This document shows, one piece after another, positions 1-7,366 of a DNA stretch of 9,749 nucleotides. The position numbers and the translations under genes were made by a program. Position 1 is the stretch's first letter, and every line of letters starts with the position of its first letter. The notes under the pieces were generated by a model. It was not told the DNA's origin. It ran no database searches and was given only the letters and a program-made list of their open reading frames with translations. The DNA is taken from the NCBI GenBank assembly GCA_000388065.2, contig KB932214.1. One strand, given 5' to 3'. This stretch comes from Fonticula alba ATCC 38817 (lineage: Eukaryota; Protista; Nucleariida).

Positions 1-154
1 CCCCCCCCCCCCCCTCGGGAAACATGGGACACAGGCGACGGATGCAAACACCAGCCGCCGGGGCAACGGGAGGGGGGCGCGCGCGGCGGCGGGACAATCC
101 GGCGGGAGACCCCCCGGGACGATCGCAGAAACTCACGCCTCATCAGGCACCGAG

Positions 155-173
155 CACATACACACACACACAC
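155..173. repeat. Short (CA)n microsatellite
   Basis: cacatacacacacacacac. Confidence 0.8.
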
Positions 174-265
174 TTTTAGGAAGAGCGCGGCCGGTGTGAA
201 CGAGCAAGACACACCCCGCCCTCCGGCGCGCTGGCCGTTGCTATTTTCCTGGCAGCGTATACCAG

Positions 266-340
266 TGGGAGCGAGAACCAGAGCGAGAGCGAGAGAGAGA
301 ACAAGCGAGCGAGCGAGCGAGCGAGGACAAGGGAGAAGGT
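266..340. repeat. GA-rich purine tract with (GCGA)5 at 305-324 and GAGA runs
   Basis: Seen directly; pyrimidine-rich on the minus strand. Confidence 0.75.
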
Positions 341-772
341 ACTGGGCCCGGGGGGATCGGAAGCGCAAAGCATCAGGCCCGCGGTGTGATCGGTGATAGC
401 TCCGAGGGACCTGATAGAACGGGTTCTGGACATTCGGCGCGCTCCCGGGCCCGCTGGTTCTACTCCACCAGACATTTGCGCATGCAGCACGCCGGCCTTG
501 CAGGGCGTCTGAATGTCCGTGCCCAGGGCACTGCTCGGAGGATATCACGCGATCCCCCTTGCCGGATGGGTGGCCCGGCCCCCTGGTCCGGGACCTTCAC
601 GGGGCAGGCACCGGGGCCGAGATGCACCGGGCGGGCCACACCCCACTCCTCAGGGCGCGCGCGCCCTTTGCCTGGCTAGCCAGCGCCCATCCTCTTGCTC
701 CCCCCTCCCCCATAACCCCCACCCCCCCCCCGCGCGGGGGTGGCGGGCGGGCGCGCGGGGGCGGGAGGGCGG

Positions 773-774
<2 letters not shown>

Positions 775-835
<61 letters not shown>
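775..835 (+). repeat. Homopolymer G61 abutting the assembly gap (length unreliable)
   Basis: Seen directly; it ends 17 nt before the N run. Confidence 0.7.
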
Positions 836-837
<2 letters not shown>

Positions 838-852
838 CGTTCGGGGGCATTT

Positions 853-1332
853 NNNNNNNNNNNNNNNNNNNNNNNNNNNNNNNNNNNNNNNNNNNNNNNN
901 NNNNNNNNNNNNNNNNNNNNNNNNNNNNNNNNNNNNNNNNNNNNNNNNNNNNNNNNNNNNNNNNNNNNNNNNNNNNNNNNNNNNNNNNNNNNNNNNNNNN
1001 NNNNNNNNNNNNNNNNNNNNNNNNNNNNNNNNNNNNNNNNNNNNNNNNNNNNNNNNNNNNNNNNNNNNNNNNNNNNNNNNNNNNNNNNNNNNNNNNNNNN
1101 NNNNNNNNNNNNNNNNNNNNNNNNNNNNNNNNNNNNNNNNNNNNNNNNNNNNNNNNNNNNNNNNNNNNNNNNNNNNNNNNNNNNNNNNNNNNNNNNNNNN
1201 NNNNNNNNNNNNNNNNNNNNNNNNNNNNNNNNNNNNNNNNNNNNNNNNNNNNNNNNNNNNNNNNNNNNNNNNNNNNNNNNNNNNNNNNNNNNNNNNNNNN
1301 NNNNNNNNNNNNNNNNNNNNNNNNNNNNNNNN
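853..1332. other. Assembly gap (480 N)
   Basis: Run of N characters. Confidence 1.
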
Positions 1333-1491
1333 GTAGACAGTTGGTGCGGGGAGGTATGTGGGGCTACTGCCGGCCCCAGGGTGGGGGGGGGGGGGCATAT
1401 GGCAGCCCGTGCCGGTGTGTGTAAAAACGGTGTGTGTGCGCGTCTGAGCGCGCCTTCTTTCCGGAATGGGGGCCGGGGATCGGGCAAATGG

Positions 1492-1497
1492 TTTATT
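1492..1497 (-). terminator. Candidate polyadenylation signal AATAAA, about 630 nt downstream of the stop codon
   Basis: tttatt on + = AATAAA on -. It has the correct orientation and is rare in such GC-rich DNA. There is no transcript evidence. Confidence 0.4.
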
Positions 1498-1526
1498 TGG
1501 GGAAAGCGACACCAGCCAAACGCCGC

Positions 1527-1544
1527 CACACATGCGTGTGTGTA

Positions 1545-1576
<32 letters not shown>

Positions 1577-1577
1577 C
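1527..1577. repeat. (TG)n microsatellite, pure (TG)12 at 1545-1568, within a 51-nt alternating pyrimidine-purine stretch
   Basis: Seen directly. Confidence 0.9.
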
Positions 1578-2127
1578 TTTCTTTTCTCGCGACCCCCTCA
1601 CACACACCCCTGCTCGGGGCCTGCCATCCCGGCGCGAACATTGCCCACCCAACCCTCCCTTCTGGATGCGCCTGGAGCCGGGGGCGCCTATCTCCCCCCC
1701 CCCCCGCCCCGCCGCCCCCTCAACCAGTGTGCCCGATGCGAAGGAAGGAGGGCAGGGGGAATCGCTGCACAGAGGGACACGACACCGGCGTCGGGCAGGT
1801 GAAGAGCTGAAATCGCCATATATTACAAGGACAGGGGGTGAAGAAAAGGAGGGGGTTGGAACGGAAAGAAGGACACAGGAAAGGAAGGGGAGAGAGAGGA
1901 GGGAGGGGGGGGGGGTCGGCTCTGAGCGGCCGGCGCTCAGACGGCGGCGACACCGCAGATGCACGCGCATATGCCATGGGAGGAGGCGACGGCGCGCCAA
2001 CACAAGGGAAAGAAGGGACGGGGAGAAGAGGACCGTCGGCATACAGAAGGAGCGATGCGTGTGCCTGATACGGGCGGGCGGGCGGGCGGGCGAGCACGCG
2101 CACATGCACGCTCACATACATGCACGC

Positions 2128-2701
2128 TCACACCGACTTCAGGGCCACCTCGCACAGAACGTCAATCGACGAGGAGGTAGCCCCGTTGGGATCGGCGGCC
2201 TGCTGGGCCACACCGCCGACGCCACCGCCGGTGGAAGACCCAACCGGACCGGCGGAGGAGGCAGCGGCCGGTGAGGAGGCGCCAAACAGGCCAGCCGGGA
2301 CGGTCATGCCACCGAGCGAGGCGAAGGACGCCGACGGCTGCCCCCCCGGCTGCTGGCCGGTGGCCGACTGCATGCCGGGCGACGCGCCGCCGTAAAAGAG
2401 GGGCCCGCCGATGGCGGAGCCGCCACCGCCGCCGGCTGTCCCGCCGGAGAGGAGCTGCGACCCGAGCGAGAGAATGTTGCCCATGGGCGGCAGCATGCCA
2501 CCATCGGTGGCCATGAGGCCTCCCTTGTTGCTCCCGGAACCGGTCGAGTCATTGAGGAACTGCTGGGCCGCCTGCTGCTGGAGCTGCTGCTTCTGCTGCT
2601 GGTTCAGGAGCTGCGACAGGGCGTCCGGGTTGCTTTGAAGGAGGAGCTGCATCAATGTCGCATCGAGGGACGGCTGCATGGACGATCCCTGGGCCTGCTG
2701 C

Positions 2702-2746
<45 letters not shown>

Positions 2747-3238
2747 GCTTGCTGCTGGGCCTGCTGCTGCTGCTGCAACTGCTGGAGTTGCTGCTGGAGC
2801 TGCTGCTGCAACTGGGCCTGCTGCTGTGCGGCCTGCTGGGCTGCCTGCTGCTGTTGGAGCTGCTGCTGGAGCTGCTGCTGCTGTTGGAGCTGTTGCTGCT
2901 GCTGGAGCTGCTGGAGTTGTTGCTGGAGCTGAGCCTGCTGCTGCTGTTGCTGCTGCTGCTGGAGCTGGCGCTGCTGCTGCTGTTGCAATTGCTGCTGGAG
3001 CTGCTGCTGCTGTTGAAGCTGGAGCTGGGCCTGCTGCTGGGCTTGCTGCTGAGCCTGCTGCTGAGCCTGCTGCTGGGCCGCCGCCTGCTGTTGAGCCTGC
3101 TGCTGCTGAAGCTGAAGCTGAAGCTGGAGCTGCTGCTGGGCCTGCTGGGCCGCCGCTTGTTGCTGAGCCTGTTGCTGGGCCTGTTGCTGAGCCGCCGCCT
3201 GTTGCTGGGCCTGCTGCGGAGCCTGGGTCTTCTGGGTA

Positions 3239-3275
<37 letters not shown>

Positions 3276-5503
3276 GCTGCTGCTGGAGCTTGAACAGGCT
3301 CGAGATCAGCCCCCGGCCGTCGGAGGTCTGCGCGAGCGACGCCTGAAGCCCGACATGCGAGGTGACCTGCTCCAGCAGGCTCAGGTAGCTGGCCGGCTCG
3401 GAGGCCCGGTCGTGGAATTGCTTGCTCAGATACAGGGGAAGCTGCTCGACGGGCAGATCGCTGAGCGCCTGGACCAGGCTCGCGGTGACCGGATCGGCCG
3501 CTGCCACGACGGCGGCACTCGTGCTGCCGAAGGCCGGGCTCGACCCGGAGGGAACGGCGGCATGCTGCCGGGCTTGGGGAGTGGCCCCGCCGGCGGTCGA
3601 CGTCGACTGCGAGGGGGTATTACCGACGCCGGTCCCGGTGCCGCCGGGCGTGCTGCTGCCGCCGACACTGGTGGAGGGCGAAGACCCGGCCACATGGGAG
3701 GCCATCAGCCCGGTGGCCCCGCCGCCGGGGGCGGCGGCAGCGCCGCCCGTCGCCGAGGAGCCGCCAGCTGCCCCGCCGGGGCCCGAGGATGCAGCCGAGG
3801 ACGACGCGGTCGAGGAGGAAGACGACGAGGGCGGCTGCATGGACAGGAACATCTGGTTCATGGGGGAAGACCCGCCGGCGCCGGTGGTGGCGCCGGTGCC
3901 GACATCAACCCCGCTGCCACCGCCGGTCGCGGTGCTGGCGTTGGTGCTGGGGCCACTGCCGGTCGAGCCCATGGCCGCCTGCTGCAGGAGCTGCAGATAA
4001 AGGGGCCGCTGCTCCGGGGCCACACTGCGCAGGAGCTCCTCCATCTCGGCCGACAGGGGAATGCCACCGATCAGAGTGGACTGGGGGGTGCTGCTGGCCG
4101 TGCTTCCGGCCGTCAGCGGGCCCCCGCCACCGGCAGCCAGGGCACCCCCGGGCCCGGCGCTGGGGGTGGCTCCGCGCCCGGTCACCGGGCCCAGGGGCGA
4201 TGTCCCGGCCAGGGCGGCCTGCTTGTCCAGGGAGTCGGTGGAGGTCGAGCCCATGGGCAGGATGGTCGGCTGCTGCGGTTGCGGCTGCTGCTGCGGCTGC
4301 GGCTGCGGCTGCGGCTGCTGCTGCGGCTGCGGCTGCGGCTGCGGCTGCTGCTGCTGCTGGGTGGCGGGGGTGCTGGCAGTCGGACGCAGGATGGGGGTGG
4401 CCCCGCCGCCGGCCGGAGGCTTCAGGCCGGTGGCCCCGCCGCTCGGAGTGGGCAGACCGCCGCTGAGCGGGCTCGGGAGGACCGTCACCGAGGAGGAAGA
4501 CGAGGAGGAGGAGGGCGCGCTTTCGGAGGCCACACCCGAGGCACTGCCGCCGGAGGAGGAGGCGCCCGAGGCGGAGGACGAGCCCCCGGCAGTGGCGGCA
4601 GCCCCGCCGCCGGACACGGCCGCCACGGCAGCCATCAGCATATCCGGGGTGACCACCCCCCCGAGCCCGGCGCTGTTGTACAGCTGCAGGATGATCTGCA
4701 TCTGGTGCGCGGGAATGTGGTTCTGCAGGGCGGCCAGATCCACCATGCTCGAGCCATCCACCAGCATCACATCGCCGCCGGTGCCGGAGGAGCCGCCCGA
4801 GCCGCCGCCGGTGCCGCCGGAAGACGGCAGCATGACCCCGGCGGAGTTGGCCGGCGAAGCGCCGCCACCAGCACCGGCCCCCACGGTGGCCGGCGTGAAT
4901 TGGAGCCCGGTTGCCCCGGGACCCCCGGCCAGCCCGGAAGCCAGCCCCATCCCGGGGGCCGCCGAGGATTGCTGCTGGTCGCCGCCGGTGGGATTGTTGC
5001 CCAGGAAGAGGGAGAAGTTGTTGCCGGGGCCGGTGGCTCCGGCCCCGAGCCCCGGGAGGCCCTGGAATTGAGCCACCTGGGCCTGGCCGCCCCCGGCGAG
5101 CGTGATCCCCCCCGCCGAGATGCCGGCGCCGCCGGGGTTGCCGGCGTTGTTGCCCAGCGACCCGAGCAGCGGGCCGAGGGGAGACGCGCCCACCTGCCCG
5201 CCGGAGCCAGTGCCAGCCCCGGTGCCAGCGGACCCGACCCCGGTGGCATTGAGGAAGATGTTGGACAGGGTGAAGCCGCCCGCGGAGCCGGACCCGGCGA
5301 GCAGGTCCCCGCCGGTGGTGGACGGGGCGCCGGCGCCGGTGGCCATCGGCTGGCCGGCCGCCGCCAACAGGCCCATGCTGCTAAGCTGGTTGAAGTCGAT
5401 GGTGCCGCCGGCCCCGCCGGCCACCGCCAGCAGCGAGGAATGCAGGGCACTGGGGGTCGACGTGGGACCGGAGCGCCCGGCGCCGGCCTGCTGCTGTTGC
5501 TGC

Positions 5504-5560
<57 letters not shown>

Positions 5561-6564
5561 GCCCCGCCGGCCCCGGGCCCCGAGCCGAAGGGGGTCCCCC
5601 CACTGACCGAGGAGATCGCCGAAGCCGGGGACGAGGTGGACGACGAGGCCGACGAGGAGGAGGAGGAAGACTTGAGGGCGGAGCCGCTGCCACCGGTGGC
5701 GGCGGCGGCGGCTGCAGCCGCGGCCGCGGCCGCCGCCGCCGCAAAGCCAGGCAGCAGGTCCCCGGCCGAGGCCAAACGCAGGACCGCGCTCCCGGGGGAG
5801 GCCGGGCTGCCGCCGGTGTCCGCGCCCCCGGCAGAAGAGAGACTCCCCCGGCGAGCGACCAGGCCGGTGGCGCCCCCGGGCCCGGCCATGTCGAAGGGCC
5901 CGCCAGCGGACGAGGAAGACGAGGAAGACGAGGAGGCGCCAGGCCCGGAGCCGGTGACATCGGCGCCGACAGCACCGGTCCCGGCCGCCATGGTCGCCTG
6001 CGCCGAGTCCAGGAGGGCCAGGCTCGCCGGGCGGAGGAAGTGTCCGCCGGTGCCGCCGCCGCCGCCGCCGCCAGTGCCGGAGTCCGTGACATCGGCCCCC
6101 GTGCTGCCGCCGCCGAAGGGGACAAGCTCATGCCCCATGGTGGGCCCGTGGAGGTGGAACTTATCGGTCTTGATCTTGGCCGAGGTGCCGGGGCCGGAGC
6201 CGCCGCCGGAGAACAGCATGTCGGCGGTCGTGCCCAGGGGCAGCGAAGAGGCGGCGCTTTGCAGGTCGAACTGGAGCTGCTGCGCGGCCCCCGGCGAGCC
6301 GAACATCTGGATCATGGCCAGCTGGGAGGCCAGCTTCTCCGACAGGCCGGCCGCCATGAGGCTCGGGGTGAGGCTCATGGTCAGCGGGTTGCCGGCCGAC
6401 AGGAGCTGCATCTTGTGCTGCTTCTCGCGCTGCTGCTTCTGCACCTCGCGCGCGTTCCACACAATCGGCACCAGGGGCTTGCCGTGGAGGCGCCGGCAGT
6501 GGGCCATCAGGTTGGACCGGACGCTGAAGCGGACCCCGCAGTTGGGGACCGGGCATTGGAAGGG
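2128..6564 (-). CDS. Exon 2 (1478 aa + TGA) of the same gene; finger 3, a Gly/Ser/Ala-rich disordered region and a large Gln-rich C-terminal domain
   Basis: Begins CCC TTC CAA TGC (PFQC) right after a polypyrimidine tract + CAG. Phase-0 splicing rebuilds the C2H2 linker HTKER-PF. Open to TGA at 2130-2128 (…ALKSV*). The track's start at 6618 is an intronic TTG, not a real start. Confidence 0.9.
2695..3285 (-). repeat. Coding CAG-rich tract: about 197-codon Q/A/L domain (AQQQ, LQQQ and QL subunits; Q17 and Q11 pure runs)
   Basis: (CTG)n-dominated on the + strand; translation in exon 2. Confidence 0.95.
4267..4359 (-). repeat. Coding Gln-Pro repeat; includes two identical 30-bp units (4285-4314, 4315-4344)
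   Basis: ctgcgg/ctgctg tandem; translates QQQQQPQPQPQPQQQPQPQPQPQQQPQPQQP. Confidence 0.95.
5488..5559 (-). repeat. Pure poly-Gln tract (Q24; CAG with CAA interruptions)
   Basis: Counted from the sequence. Confidence 0.95.
6484..6555 (-). other. Zinc finger 3: CPVPNCGVRFSVRSNLMAHCRRLH (C-x4-C-x12-H-x4-H; aa 979-1002)
   Basis: Direct translation. Canonical F and L hydrophobic positions, preceded by a TGEKPF-like linker (TKERPF) after splicing. Confidence 0.92.
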
Positions 6565-6687
6565 CTGGGGGGGGGGGGAGGCGAGAGAAGGAGACGGGAA
6601 GAGGGGGCAAAGGAGCAAAGGGCCAAGGAGTCAGTGGCGGATCAGGGGGGGGGGGCGGGACCAAAAAGACAGAGGAGGGACACATAC
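6565..6687 (-). other. Spliceosomal GT-AG intron, 123 nt, phase 0, in the finger 2-finger 3 linker
   Basis: Donor CGG|GTATGT, branch-like CACTGAC (6636-6630), about 60 nt of A-free pyrimidine-rich tract, acceptor CCCCAG|CCC. There is no other AG in the intron. Removal joins two ORFs and restores the zinc-finger linker. Confidence 0.92.
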
Positions 6688-7323
6688 CCGCTCCTTGGTG
6701 TGCGAGCGAAGGTGCTGCACGAGCTTGGTGCGCTCGGCGTAGGGGGCCTCGCGCCAGCAGCCGTCCCAGAGACAGCACAGGCGCGGGCGATCGGAGGCAT
6801 CGGCGGCGGCGGCGGCAGCGGCCGCGGCCGCGGCGGCCGCCGCGGCGGCCGCCGCCCCAGCCGGGCTGCCCACCACCGCGGCCGTCAGCACCCCCGCAGT
6901 GCGGGCGCTCAGCAGGGGGGAGCTCATGAGCGACGACCCGGCGGATGCCTGCGAGGCCAGAGCCGCGCCGCTGATGCCGGTGGTGCCGGACCCGAGGACC
7001 ACCCCCGGGCCAACATGGTAATCCTCCAGGTGCACGACCAGGTCCTCGAGGGTGAGCATCTGCGAACCGCAGCCGTCCCACCGGCAGACGAAGATCTCCA
7101 CCGTCATGCCATTGGGCGTGGTGGCCACGATGGTGGGAGACGCGGCGCCGGAGGAGGCATTGGCGTTCGCCCCGCCGGAGGGGCCGCCACCCACGGCGGC
7201 CGCCGCGGCCGCGGCCGCGGCCGCAGCCGCAGCCGACACCGAAGGCCCGGTCACCAGGCCACCGGCGCCCTGCTGCTGCTGCTGCGACTGCTGCGACTGC
7301 TGCGACTGCTGCGACTGCTGCGA

Positions 7324-7366
<43 letters not shown>

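Noticed and set aside
176-679. Short ORFs at the left end (176-490, 196-396, 386-679)
   Set aside because: They are short, lack the codon bias of the main gene, run through GA/GCGA microsatellites and have no recognisable motif.
1720-1806. Possible extra coding exon LFTCPTPVSC... after the acceptor-like site at 1807, suggesting a fourth finger
   Set aside because: It has no His pair or finger spacing, needs a weak donor (GTGTGA) at the last codon, and hits a stop after 28 codons.
513-2274. ORFs crossing the N gap (513-1424, 559-2274, 597-2105, 676-1641, 740-1336), with poly-Gly/poly-Pro
   Set aside because: They are open only because N codons contain no stops. The poly-G/P comes from the G61 homopolymer and the flanks translate microsatellites.
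6565-6618. Track start of the 1496-aa ORF (MLLCPLFPSPSLASPPPQ)
   Set aside because: The 'M' is a TTG inside the intron's polypyrimidine tract. The real exon starts at 6564.
6631-6687. Track end of the 993-aa ORF (VCVPPLSFWSRPPPLIRH*) as a separate gene's C-terminus
   Set aside because: This is intron read-through past the GTATGT donor. The two large ORFs are one gene.
6484-7086. Naming the gene GLI, ZIC, AEBP2, pacC or flbC
   Set aside because: It has only three fingers (GLI/ZIC have five). It lacks the PacC finger-3 sequence (KRPQDLKKH) and any recognisable AEBP2 C-terminal domain, and only one finger is FlbC-like. Orthology cannot be set without a phylogeny.
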